Assembly: GCA_017532025.1 (NCBI GenBank)
Contig: JAFXJX010000092.1
Coordinates: forward strand, 22,642 to 86,641
Direction: 5' to 3'
Source of the DNA: Clostridia bacterium
GTDB taxonomy: Bacteria > Bacillota > Clostridia > Oscillospirales > CAG-272
Length of the DNA: 64,000 bases
A program made the translations under genes and the position numbers. The notes under the pieces were generated by a model. It made no database searches. It was not told where the DNA came from and saw nothing but the letters and a program-made list of their open reading frames with translations. Each line of letters starts with the position of its first letter. Position 1 is the first letter of the stretch. Shown in pieces: positions 27,618 through 38,576 of this stretch.

Positions 27618-28196
27618 ATGGAAACTTTTATCGTTGAAACTTCTGCGCGCCATATCCACCTGTCTCAGGAACACATCGACATTCTCTTTGGTGAAGGCTA
27701 TCAGCTCACCAACAAAAAGGATCTTTCTCAGCCCGGTCAGTTCGCTTGTGCTGAACGTCTTGACGTTGTCGGCCCCAAGAAGACCATTCCCGGTGTCAGC
27801 ATCTTAGGTCCCGCCCGCAAGGCAAGCCAGGTTGAAGTCTCCTTCACCGACGCAAGAACCCTCGGCGTTACCGCACCTGTTCGTGAAAGCGGCGACACTG
27901 CAGGCTCTCCCGGCGTAAAGCTTGTAAACCCCTTGAACGGCGCGTCTGTTGAACTCACCGACGGTGTGATCGTGGCAAAAAGACATATCCACATGACACC
28001 TGCCGATGCCGCACTCCTCGGCGTAGCCGATAAGGAAATTGTTTCGGTTAAGATTGAAACCAACGGCAGAACCACCGTCTTCTGCGACACCGTTGTCCGT
28101 GTCAGCGATACATTTGCGCTCGCAATGCACATCGATACCGACGAAGCCAACGCAGCAGCAGCCACCTGCGGATGCACAGGTTATATCGTAAAGTAA
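27618..28196 (+). CDS. pduL: Phosphate propanoyltransferase / phosphotransacylase PduL
   Basis: Both PduL repeats are present (ETSARHIHLSQEHIDILFG and IVAKRHIHMTPADAALLGV), followed by ALAMHIDTDEANAA. Confidence 0.9.
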   Translation: METFIVETSARHIHLSQEHIDILFGEGYQLTNKKDLSQPGQFACAERLDVVGPKKTIPGVSILGPARKASQVEVSFTDARTLGVTAPVRESGDTAGSPGVKLVNPLNGASVELTDGVIVAKRHIHMTPADAALLGVADKEIVSVKIETNGRTTVFCDTVVRVSDTFALAMHIDTDEANAAAATCGCTGYIVK

Positions 28197-28209
28197 GTAC
28201 ATAACGCAA

Positions 28210-28245
28210 AAAGGAGTTTCGCACAGCGAGACTCCTTTGTTTTTT
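28210..28245 (+). terminator. Intrinsic terminator of pduL
   Basis: AAAGGAGT-13 nt-ACTCCTTT is followed by GTTTTTT. Confidence 0.8.
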
Positions 28246-28306
28246 CGGGAGGATGATATCTCCCGAGGATAAGCAAATTTTGCAAAACAAGAATTGATTA
28301 AAAAGC

Positions 28307-28387
28307 GGGAGGGGAGACCCCTCCCCTACGGCTACGGCGTTTTGTGCGGTTTTGTTGTAGGGGAGGCGTTTCGCCTCCCGTTTTTTT
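28307..28387. repeat. GC-rich hairpin pair built on GGGAGG/CCTCCC motifs with a mutually exclusive middle pairing
   Basis: GGGAGGGG (28307-14) pairs with CCCCTCCC (28318-25). CTCCCCTAC (28321-29) pairs with GTAGGGGAG (28357-65). GGGAGGCG (28361-68) pairs with CGCCTCCC (28372-79), followed by T7. An A-run at 28300-04 gives the first hairpin a U-tail on the minus strand. Confidence 0.6.
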
Positions 28388-28443
28388 CTTTCGTTTTTGG
28401 AAAAACAACCCTTGTTTCGGTATAAAAAAGAAACCACCGGTAG

Positions 28444-28528
28444 GGGTTGGCGCCCTCGACAACCCGTTTTCAATAATCAAATCTTGTTTATCTGCATTTG
28501 ATCGTTCTCGGGTTGTCAAGGCCAACCC
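28444..28528. repeat. Inverted-repeat element (two-part stem around an AT-rich 42-nt core)
   Basis: GGGTTGGC (28444-51) pairs with GCCAACCC (28521-28). GACAACCCG (28458-66) pairs with CGGGTTGTC (28509-17). A nested small hairpin, ATCAAAT...ATTTGAT, lies in the core. Confidence 0.55.
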
Positions 28529-28571
28529 TTGCCAATGAACTGTCATTTATCAAATCAAACACATTCTTACG

Positions 28572-28600
28572 AAAAAAGGCTGAGCATAACACTCAGCCTT
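28572..28600 (-). terminator. Intrinsic terminator of the transketolase genes
   Basis: On the minus strand, AAGGCTGAG-7 nt-CTCAGCCTT is followed by TTTTTTCG, starting 7 nt below the stop at 28607. Confidence 0.8.
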
Positions 28601-28606
28601 TCCTAT

Positions 28607-29536
28607 TTACTTAACAGCCTTTTCTACTTTTTCAGCAATGCCTTCGGCGGTGAGACCGAAGTAAGCCAGCACGTCATTCGAAGGACCGCTGACGCCGAAT
28701 TTGTCGTCAACGCCAACTCTTGTCAGCTTGCAGGGTGCATTCTCGCAAAGCACTTCAGCAACAGCCGAGCCAAGACCACCGATGGTGGAGTGCTCTTCTA
28801 CGGTCACAATGTTGCCGGTCTTCTTGGCGTAGGTCGTGAGAAGCTCACTGTCGATCGGCTTGATGGTGTGAATGTTGATCACAGCGGCATCAATGCCCTT
28901 GGCAAGAAGAATCTCTCTTGCCTGCATAGCCTTTGCTACCATAAGACCGGTTGCCACAATGGTAACGTCCTTGCCGTCAGCAAGCACAACGCCTTTGCCA
29001 AGTTCGAACTTGTAGTCCTCTCGGTTCACAGCAGGTGAGGTGGGGCGAGAAAGGCGCAGATAGACAGGACCTTTTGCTTCAAGAAGTGCCGCCTTGGTTG
29101 CCTGCGTTGCTTCAATGGCATCACAGGGAGAAATCACCGTCATGCCGGGAATCACGCGCATGAGCGCAATATCCTCACAGCACTGGTGGGTCGCGCCATC
29201 TTCACCGACCGAAACACCCGAGTGGGATGCGCCGATCACAACGTGAAGATTGGGATACGCGATCGAGTTGCGGATCTGCTCGTAGGCTCTGCCCGCGGTA
29301 AACATGGCATACGAGGATGCCACAGCGGGAACACCTGTGGAAGCAATACCGGCGGCAACACCCATCATGTTTGCCTCGGCAATGCCGCACTCTATATATC
29401 GTTCGGGAAATGCTTTTTTGAAATAATCCACCTTAACGGAATCAGCAAGGTCAGCAGAGAGCACATAAAACTTATGCTCCTTGCCAAGCTCAACAAGCGC
29501 CTTACCGTAGGCTTCTCTGGTTGCAATATCAGCCAT
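28607..29536 (-). CDS. Transketolase, C-terminal (pyrimidine-binding) subunit
   Basis: MADIATREAYGKALVELGKEH...IAEANMMGVAAGIA is a typical split-transketolase B subunit. The ATG is at 29536. Confidence 0.9.
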   Translation of the reverse strand: MADIATREAYGKALVELGKEHKFYVLSADLADSVKVDYFKKAFPERYIECGIAEANMMGVAAGIASTGVPAVASSYAMFTAGRAYEQIRNSIAYPNLHVVIGASHSGVSVGEDGATHQCCEDIALMRVIPGMTVISPCDAIEATQATKAALLEAKGPVYLRLSRPTSPAVNREDYKFELGKGVVLADGKDVTIVATGLMVAKAMQAREILLAKGIDAAVINIHTIKPIDSELLTTYAKKTGNIVTVEEHSTIGGLGSAVAEVLCENAPCKLTRVGVDDKFGVSGPSNDVLAYFGLTAEGIAEKVEKAVK

Positions 29537-29552
29537 TGTTCTTACCCCTTTC

Positions 29553-30368
29553 TCACTCTGCCGCCAAGATTTCTTTGACAGCGGCTTCGTACTGCTCGGC
29601 ATTCGGCGCGTTGCCGTGCCACTTGGGGTTGCCTTCCATAAAGGAAACACCCTTGCCCTTCACGGTGTTGCACACGATAACAGAAGGACGGTTTTCTGCC
29701 TTGCAGGCGGTGAGTGCCGCTTCGATCTCTTCAAAGTTGTGACCGTCAATTTCAGTGGCAAACCAACCGAAGGTTTCAAACTTCTTGGCAATGTCGCCCG
29801 GCAAGCTGATTTCGTCAACAGGACCGCTGAGCTGTACCTTATTATAGTCAACAAATACGTAAAGATTCGAAAGGTTAAAGTGGTTGGCAAGCATCACAGC
29901 TTCCCAGATCTGACCCTCCTGCAGCTCGCCGTCACCAACAATGCAGTAAACATTAAAGTTATCCTGATTGTCGAACGCCATGCCGCAAGCGGTGGAAAGA
30001 CCCTGACCGAGAGAGCCGGTGGACATATCGATACCGGGGGTCTTCTTGGAATCGGGGTGACCCTGCAAAAACGAGCCGATCTTGCGAAGCGACTTCAGTT
30101 CTTCCTCGGGGAAGAAGCCCTTCTGCGCCAAAGCGGCATAGAGAGCAGGCGCGGCGTGACCCTTGGAAAGCACCAAGCGGTCGCGATTTTGCATTTGGGG
30201 ATCTGCAGGCGAAACCTTCATTTCGCAGTTGTAAAGATAGGTCACAAGCTCGGCAATCGAAAACGATCCGCCGGGATGACCCGATTTGGCAAGGAAAATG
30301 CCTTCAAGGGCAAGAAGTCTGTTCTTCTTTGCTTTTTCTTTTAATATGTTGAGCTGTTCGGTATTCAA
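29553..30368 (-). CDS. Transketolase, N-terminal (TPP-binding) subunit
   Basis: The motifs SGHPGGSFSIAELV, LSKGHAAPALYA and GSLGQGLS...GDGELQEGQIWEA are present. An AGGAG RBS favours the TTG at 30368. The ATG at 30386 is the alternative. Confidence 0.88.
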   Translation of the reverse strand: MNTEQLNILKEKAKKNRLLALEGIFLAKSGHPGGSFSIAELVTYLYNCEMKVSPADPQMQNRDRLVLSKGHAAPALYAALAQKGFFPEEELKSLRKIGSFLQGHPDSKKTPGIDMSTGSLGQGLSTACGMAFDNQDNFNVYCIVGDGELQEGQIWEAVMLANHFNLSNLYVFVDYNKVQLSGPVDEISLPGDIAKKFETFGWFATEIDGHNFEEIEAALTACKAENRPSVIVCNTVKGKGVSFMEGNPKWHGNAPNAEQYEAAVKEILAAE

Positions 30369-30515
30369 GTGAACTCTCCTTTGCATAGAAGCTATGCGGT
30401 TTCATTCATTTTGACACGCCTTGGCATAAAGGCGCATTTACTTTTATATAGTATCATATCTCGCAGATTTTTTCAATAGTTTTTTTCACCAAAGTAAAAC
30501 TTTTTGATATTTTTA

Positions 30516-32060
30516 TCAACCCATCTTGTTTTTTCGCATCAAACGGAAGAAATCATCGGCACGCACAAAAGCAAAGCGTCCCCCTGTCAGCTCTTGCATC
30601 TTCTTTTCCACCGCGGCAAAATCCGAAACACGAAGCTGACCCCATATCGAAAACTGCGCCGCCACAAATTTGGGTGACATTCCGTCCCAAGCGTTCACTT
30701 CGCGTGTTAATACACGCATCAGATGCTCTTCGGTACAGGTATAGCAAGGGGTGAACTGTTTGATCGGCATATCCCCTTCCCAAGAAGAGATCGACTCGCG
30801 ATCGTCGGTAAAGAGCTGTACCGTGATGCCGTAAAGCTCGGGGGCGTTTTCGGCATACAGCCTTCTTTGATTTTCGGTCATGTTATCCCATACCGTCACC
30901 GCGCGAAGACCCGCGCGCTTGCAGTAGCGGTTCGAAAGGGCTGCGTATTTGGCAAAATCCGCGTCATCCCTCACGTAATTCTTCGCCTCAATCTCTTCGG
31001 CAAGCGTATTCACAGGCATGGCGTATCCAAGACCCGACGGTCCCGACACAAAGCAATCCTTCTCAGTCGCCGTATCATAATAATACTGTAATATATCGGG
31101 GGCTGTATCCACAAGCGAGGGGCTGATCGTCCAGTTGATCGGAACTTTTCCGCGATCATCCTTCGTCGCATCCCATAACTTACGCATATAACGCTGTACA
31201 TATTGAATGTTGTCACCGTCGCTGGCAAACAAAGCCACATAAATCTTGTTTTCAAGCAAAGACATCGGCGGCTCGGTGGGGATTTTTACCTCTTTTTCGT
31301 GAGCAAACACGGTAAAATTCGAGAAAAGATCGCCCGGCACGGTCGAAAGCCCATATGCCGTTGCCGTGGTAATGCCCGAACGCTCTTCGGTGTACCAGCC
31401 AATGGCAATCGCATGACCCGGCTCCATATCGGCAAGGAATTTTTCATACACAAGTCTTTCGTTTTCGCGGCGATTCTCGCAAAAAACCACAGCGCATCCC
31501 GCGGCAGCAACAAGATCGCGCAGATGAAACACCTCGTGGGGCGCTTGCGAAACGATCAGGCGGTGGGTGTTCTTTTGCCAATACTTGTTGTAAGCGTAGG
31601 TGTAGATTTCTTCGGCGGTGGTCATGGTAAAGGTGGTCAAATCTTCCACAACGGGAAGGATCACGCCCTCTCCCATCAAGTATCCCCACAGCCTTTCAGT
31701 CATGGGAATCGCGTTTTGTGTCGATGCCGCCGTGCAGGCAAGATTGATATAATGAGGGCTGATTCTCGGATCATATAAAACAGCGCCCGATACCTCGTGG
31801 GCATACTTTTTGAAAACCGAAAGAAAGTCGGTCTTTGTATAGGGGTAGCCCAGCGTTTGGATCCAGGTTTCACTTCCCTCGTCGGTGTGCATATCCGGGA
31901 TCAAAAGACGCACTTCGGTGCGATTCACGATTCCTTGCAGGGTTGCAAGCGCTAACTGCTCGTCTCGCTTCATGGTATTGCTTTCCACCGCGTCAAGCGT
32001 TGCACCTTGATAAGTAAACGCGGGGAAAATTCTGTCTTGGCGCCATGTCATTGTTTGCAT
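30516..32060 (-). CDS. GxGYxYP-family putative glycoside hydrolase
   Basis: The 514-aa protein contains the family-name motif as GPSGLGYAMP, plus LFASDGDNIQY. AAGGAG lies 7 nt upstream of the ATG. It starts 27 nt after the malic enzyme stop. Confidence 0.65.
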   Translation of the reverse strand: MQTMTWRQDRIFPAFTYQGATLDAVESNTMKRDEQLALATLQGIVNRTEVRLLIPDMHTDEGSETWIQTLGYPYTKTDFLSVFKKYAHEVSGAVLYDPRISPHYINLACTAASTQNAIPMTERLWGYLMGEGVILPVVEDLTTFTMTTAEEIYTYAYNKYWQKNTHRLIVSQAPHEVFHLRDLVAAAGCAVVFCENRRENERLVYEKFLADMEPGHAIAIGWYTEERSGITTATAYGLSTVPGDLFSNFTVFAHEKEVKIPTEPPMSLLENKIYVALFASDGDNIQYVQRYMRKLWDATKDDRGKVPINWTISPSLVDTAPDILQYYYDTATEKDCFVSGPSGLGYAMPVNTLAEEIEAKNYVRDDADFAKYAALSNRYCKRAGLRAVTVWDNMTENQRRLYAENAPELYGITVQLFTDDRESISSWEGDMPIKQFTPCYTCTEEHLMRVLTREVNAWDGMSPKFVAAQFSIWGQLRVSDFAAVEKKMQELTGGRFAFVRADDFFRLMRKNKMG

Positions 32061-32087
32061 CGTTGTTCTCCTTTGGCTGATACTGTA

Positions 32088-33260
32088 CTACACTCTTGCC
32101 ACGCCGCTTTGGTAGGCGGCGGCTTTCACCGCCTCGGCAACGGCGGCGGCCACTTTTTTGTCAAGCGGACTCGGAATGATATTCTCGCTCGTCACCTCAT
32201 CATCACGAATGTATGCGGCAAGCGCACGCGATGCCGCCACTTTCATCTCTTCGTTGATCTCTTTGGCGCGGCAATCAAGCGCGCCGCGGAATACGCCGGG
32301 AAAAGCGAGCAGATTGTTGATCTGGTTGGGGTAGTCTGAGCGACCCGTACCCACCACAGCCGCCCCTGCCGCTTTGGCAAGGTCAGGCATGATCTCAGGT
32401 GTCGGATTTGCCATCGGAAAAACAATCGGGTCTTTCGCCATGCTCTTTATCATATCGCCGCTGACAAGATTCGGCGCGGAAACACCAATGAAAACGTCAG
32501 CTCCCACAAGCGCTGCCGCAAGTGTTCCCTTTTGTTTTTCGCGGTTGGTGACGGCGGCGATTTCGGTATGCGCGGGGTTGTCATACACATCTCCCTCGCA
32601 GAGAATGCCCACCCGATCCACCATCGTCAGATGACAAACACCCATGTTCATCAAATGCTTGGCAATGGCAATGCCGGCAGAGCCCGCGCCGTTGATCACC
32701 ACGCGCACCTTGCCGATCTCTTTTTTCACCACCTTCAAGGCGTTGATGAGCGCCGCGGCAACCACAATGGCAGTGCCGTGCTGATCGTCGTGAAAGATCG
32801 GAATGTCGCAGATTTCTTTGAGCTTTCTTTCAATTTCAAAGCAACGCGGCGCGGCAATATCCTCAAGATTCACGCCGCCAAACGAGCCGGAAAGCAAATA
32901 CGCCGTTCTCACGATCTCATCGATCTCCCGGCTCTTGATGCAAAGCGGAAAGGCATCCACGTCGGCGAACTCCTTGAAGAGCACACATTTGCCCTCCATC
33001 ACAGGCATCCCCGCTTCGGGACCGATGTTGCCAAGACCCAAAACCGCCGAGCCGTCGGTCACCACCGCCACCAAGTTCTTGTGGCGGGTCAAGGCGTATG
33101 ATTTTTCAATATCCTTTTGAATCTCAAGGCAAGGAGCGGCAACACCGGGGGTGTATGCCAAGGAAAGATCCTCACGCGTCACAATCGGCGCGCGGCTCTT
33201 TACTTCAATTTTACCCTGCCACTCTTCATGTTTTTCTAAAGATGCTTTGCTGTAATCCAT
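32088..33260 (-). CDS. NAD(P)-dependent malic enzyme (oxaloacetate-decarboxylating malate dehydrogenase)
   Basis: LSLAYTPGVAAPCLEI, VAVVTDGSAVLGLGNIG and NGAGSAGIAIAKHL match the short MaeB/SfcA-type pattern. The ATG at 33260 has an AGAGGA RBS. Confidence 0.9.
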   Translation of the reverse strand: MDYSKASLEKHEEWQGKIEVKSRAPIVTREDLSLAYTPGVAAPCLEIQKDIEKSYALTRHKNLVAVVTDGSAVLGLGNIGPEAGMPVMEGKCVLFKEFADVDAFPLCIKSREIDEIVRTAYLLSGSFGGVNLEDIAAPRCFEIERKLKEICDIPIFHDDQHGTAIVVAAALINALKVVKKEIGKVRVVINGAGSAGIAIAKHLMNMGVCHLTMVDRVGILCEGDVYDNPAHTEIAAVTNREKQKGTLAAALVGADVFIGVSAPNLVSGDMIKSMAKDPIVFPMANPTPEIMPDLAKAAGAAVVGTGRSDYPNQINNLLAFPGVFRGALDCRAKEINEEMKVAASRALAAYIRDDEVTSENIIPSPLDKKVAAAVAEAVKAAAYQSGVARV

Positions 33261-33276
33261 TGTCTTATCCTCTTTG

Positions 33277-34644
33277 TCACACCATTGCTTCGGGGTGAAA
33301 CACGGTGTCAAATTCTTCTTCTGTTAAATAACCGAGCTGTACACACGCTTCTTTGAGCGAAAGATTCTCCGCATAAGCTTTTTTGGCAACCTTGGCGGCG
33401 TTTTCATAGCCAATGTGGGGATTCAGTGCCGTCACAAGCATCAAAGAACGGTTCAGATTCTCCTCCATTTTATCTTTCTTGGCAGAAACACCCACAAGGC
33501 AGTTTTTCACGAAAGAATCAAGTCCGTCGGCAAGCAGTCTTACCGATTGCAAATAATTGTAGGCAATCACGGGCATAAAGACATTGAGCTGAAAATTGCC
33601 TTGCGATGCCGCAACACCGATGGCAGTATCGTTGCCCATCACTTGCACTGCCACCATGGTCAAAGCCTCGCACTGTGTGGGATTCACCTTGCCGGGCATG
33701 ATGGACGAACCCGGTTCATTTTCGGGAATGGCAATTTCTCCCAGTCCCACGCGCGGACCGGAGGCAAGCCAGCGAATATCGTTGGCAAGCTTCATCAAAT
33801 TGGCGGCAAGCGCCTTGAGCGCGCCGTGAGAGAACACAAAAGCATCCTTGGACGAAAGCGCGTGAAACTTGTTCTCGGCACTCACAAAAGGAAGACCTGT
33901 TTTTTCAGAAAGAAGCTCAGCCACTTTGTTGCCAAAGCCTTTGGGGGCGTTGAGTCCCGTACCCACGGCAGTGGCACCGATGGCAAGCGAAAAAAGAGGT
34001 GTCAGGCTGTTTTCAATCATCGTTTTGGCTTCACAAAGAAGGCCGCGCCAGCCGTAAATTTCCTGCGAAAAGGCAATCGGCACAGCATCCTGCAGATGCG
34101 TTCTTGCCGATTTGATAATCCCCTCGTTTTCTGTTTCCAAGCGGCAAAGCACTTGAATTGCCTCGTCAAGTGCAGGCAAAAGCCGCTCTTTCACCGCCAT
34201 CACCGCCGCAATATGCATGGCGGTGGGGAAAGTATCGTTAGAGGATTGCGACATATTCACGTCATCATTCGGGTGAAGCGCCACACCAAAATTGCGCGCC
34301 GCGTAATTGGCAATCACTTCGTTGGCATTCATGTTCGATTGCGTACCGCTTCCGGTCTGCCAGACCGCAAGCGGAAACGAAGTATCCAAATCTCCGCCGC
34401 TCACTCTTGCTGCGGCGTCAGTGATGGCTTTGCATTTTTCCCACGTCATACGCTCGGGCACAAGAGTGTGGTTGGCAAGTGCCGCCGCTCCCTTCAAAAG
34501 ACCAAAGGCGCGAACAATCTCACGCGGCATTTTTTCTTCGCCAATCTTAAAATTTTCAAGTGAGCGCTGTGTCTGCGCGCCCCAAAGCGCATCTTGGGGG
34601 ACTTTGACCTCGCCCATCGAGTCATGTTCGATTCTGTATTCCAT
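33277..34644 (-). CDS. fumC: Class II fumarate hydratase
   Basis: MEYRIEHDSMGEVKVPQDALWGAQTQRSLENF, GSSIMPGKVNPTQCEA (SS loop) and a length of 455 aa fit FumC. The ATG at 34644 is spaced from GAGG better than the upstream Met codons. Confidence 0.92.
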   Translation of the reverse strand: MEYRIEHDSMGEVKVPQDALWGAQTQRSLENFKIGEEKMPREIVRAFGLLKGAAALANHTLVPERMTWEKCKAITDAAARVSGGDLDTSFPLAVWQTGSGTQSNMNANEVIANYAARNFGVALHPNDDVNMSQSSNDTFPTAMHIAAVMAVKERLLPALDEAIQVLCRLETENEGIIKSARTHLQDAVPIAFSQEIYGWRGLLCEAKTMIENSLTPLFSLAIGATAVGTGLNAPKGFGNKVAELLSEKTGLPFVSAENKFHALSSKDAFVFSHGALKALAANLMKLANDIRWLASGPRVGLGEIAIPENEPGSSIMPGKVNPTQCEALTMVAVQVMGNDTAIGVAASQGNFQLNVFMPVIAYNYLQSVRLLADGLDSFVKNCLVGVSAKKDKMEENLNRSLMLVTALNPHIGYENAAKVAKKAYAENLSLKEACVQLGYLTEEEFDTVFHPEAMV

Positions 34645-34850
34645 ACTGATCATTGCCTCATATTGTAATATAGATAGCTTGATTATACCCTCTCGGTCGA
34701 AATTTGTCAAGGAAAACCCACGCTTTTCAATCAACACTCTGATATATTTTATCATTTTCCGAAAAAACTTCACAAGCTTTCTTTTTTTGTATAACTTTTG
34801 ATTTTGCGGCAAGAATAGTATCAGCAAAACAAAAAAAGGATGGAGAGCTT

Positions 34851-35609
34851 ATGAACACAAACAATTCCCAGAATCATAACAACAAAAGCCCGAACAAAAA
34901 CGGCAAGAAGTTCAAAATGAACGAAAAAACCATGACAACCCTTCTGTACGTCGGCGCGGCCATTCTCGTGGTCGTCATCCTCAGCGTTTCAATCTTCGCG
35001 TTTGCCTCGCGCAAAAACGAAACCAAACCGGCACCCGAAAGTAGCGCTGACACAACAAGCCAATCCGATGTGACAACCAAAGCACCCGAAACCACCGCAC
35101 CTCCCACAACCACAGCACCCACAACCACAAAAAAAGTCACCCCCATTGATAAGCCTACCGTTTCCACACCCAGCTATGTTCTTCCTGTGGAAGGCAAGCT
35201 TTTGAAAAACCATGACAGCGAAACACTCGTCTATTCGGTCACCATGAACGACTACCGCGTTCACCTCGGCATTGACGTGGAAGCACCCGTCGGATCGGCG
35301 GTTTACTCGGTAGCGGACGGTAAGATCAAAAGCGTCTATCAGGACTATATGATGGGCACTTGCATCGAAATCGAACACAAAAACGGCATCGTCTCCTGTT
35401 ACAAGAATCTCGGTGAAACACTCCCCGACGGCATTAAGGAAGGCGCCACTGTCACATCCGGTCAGTTGATTGCCGGTGTGGGCACAACTGCCATCGTGGA
35501 GCAATGCGACGAAGCACATCTCCACTTTGAAATGAAGAAAAACGACGAATATGTCAATCCACTTGACTTTGTTTCTTACGGCAAAGACTCGGAAAGCTTA
35601 AAAAAATAA
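34851..35609 (+). CDS. M23 family metallopeptidase with N-terminal TM anchor and Thr/Pro-rich linker
   Basis: The TM segment is TLLYVGAAILVVVILSVSIFAF and the linker is TTAPPTTTAPTTT. The LytM motifs HLGIDV and HLHFEM are intact. Confidence 0.85.
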   Translation: MNTNNSQNHNNKSPNKNGKKFKMNEKTMTTLLYVGAAILVVVILSVSIFAFASRKNETKPAPESSADTTSQSDVTTKAPETTAPPTTTAPTTTKKVTPIDKPTVSTPSYVLPVEGKLLKNHDSETLVYSVTMNDYRVHLGIDVEAPVGSAVYSVADGKIKSVYQDYMMGTCIEIEHKNGIVSCYKNLGETLPDGIKEGATVTSGQLIAGVGTTAIVEQCDEAHLHFEMKKNDEYVNPLDFVSYGKDSESLKK

Positions 35610-35627
35610 ACAAAACACCCAAAGCAG

Positions 35628-35670
35628 ACAAAACACCGTTCGTACGTCAAACGGTGTTTTGTTCGTTTTT
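35628..35670 (+). terminator. Intrinsic terminator of the M23 peptidase gene
   Basis: ACAAAACACCGTT-9 nt-AACGGTGTTTTGT forms a 13-bp stem followed by TCGTTTTT. Confidence 0.85.
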
Positions 35671-35744
35671 GAGTATTTGTTGTTTTTGTAACTTGATTTG
35701 TAACCTGTTTGTTCGACAATCGCAAAAATATTTGATGATTTCTC

Positions 35745-35773
35745 TTGACAGAACAGACAAAACGCAGTATGAT
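35745..35773 (+). promoter_or_regulatory. Sigma-A type promoter (TTGACA-17 nt-TATGAT) for glutamine synthetase
   Basis: TTGACA lies at 35745-50 and TATGAT at 35768-73, 44 nt upstream of the ATG. Confidence 0.6.
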
Positions 35774-35816
35774 ATAGCCATATTCATCATACTAACAGAA
35801 TAAGTGAGGATATGAT

Positions 35817-37898
<2,082 letters not shown>

Positions 37899-37905
37899 AA
37901 CCAAG

Positions 37906-37942
37906 CCCGCAAGCCTATTTTCAAAACGCTTGCGGGTTTTTT
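37906..37942 (+). terminator. Intrinsic terminator of glnN
   Basis: CCCGCAAGC-13 nt-GCTTGCGGG is followed by TTTTTT. Confidence 0.85.
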
Positions 37943-38024
37943 ATAAAAAATTTTCCTACCATGCAACGAAAGAGAGATGTTTCCTGTATAGGAAGGTGAA
38001 GGGATCCAAGAAAGGAGGTCTGTT

Positions 38025-38576
38025 ATGACAGATGAAAAAATCGTAGCCCTGTATTGGGCGCGCTCCGAAGACGCGATCAAAGAGACCGACAAAGCCTACG
38101 GTACATACTGCCGTTACATTGCCTACAATATCCTGCGCGAAAAAGAAGATGCCGACGAAACGGTAAACGACACCTACCTCAAAGCATGGCAAAGTATGCC
38201 GCCACAAAAACCCAATCCCTTAAAAGCCTTTCTCGGCAGAATCACAAGACAGCTCTCGATCAATCGGTTGGAAAAGAAAACTGCACAAAAGCGCGGCGGC
38301 GAGTTTGCTCTCTCGCTCGAAGAATTACAAAACGCCGTTCCCGATACCTCCCCCGACCTTGCCGACCAAGCGGCGCTTGCGGATGCGCTCACCCGTTTTC
38401 TTCACGCTTTGCCAATCATCCAAAGGCGTGTTTTTATCCGCAGGTATTGGTATCTTGAGTCGATCGGTGAGATTGCAAGTGCCTTTTCCATGAGTGAAAG
38501 CAAAGTAAAATCCATGCTCATGCGCTTACGACAAAAACTGAAACAACACTTGACAAAGGAGGGTTTTGGCAGATGA
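38025..38576 (+). CDS. ECF-type sigma-70 family RNA polymerase sigma factor
   Basis: The 183-aa protein has region 2 (DETVNDTYLKAW) and a region 4 HTH (ESIGEIASAFSMSESKVKSMLMRLRQKLK). It has a GGAGG RBS. Its stop overlaps the next ATG (ATGA). Confidence 0.88.
   Translation: MTDEKIVALYWARSEDAIKETDKAYGTYCRYIAYNILREKEDADETVNDTYLKAWQSMPPQKPNPLKAFLGRITRQLSINRLEKKTAQKRGGEFALSLEELQNAVPDTSPDLADQAALADALTRFLHALPIIQRRVFIRRYWYLESIGEIASAFSMSESKVKSMLMRLRQKLKQHLTKEGFGR

Noticed and set aside
28344-28538. 64-aa plus ORF in the hairpin-rich spacer
   Set aside because: It reads through GC-rich stem sequences (GGVSPP, FFFRF). It has no RBS and looks like a by-product of the structured DNA.
35680-35745. TGTAAC direct repeats upstream of glnN, considered as GlnR/TnrA sites
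   Set aside because: The sequences (TTTGTAAC twice, TGTTCGACA) do not form the TGTNA-N7-TNACA inverted repeat at the correct spacing. The evidence is insufficient.
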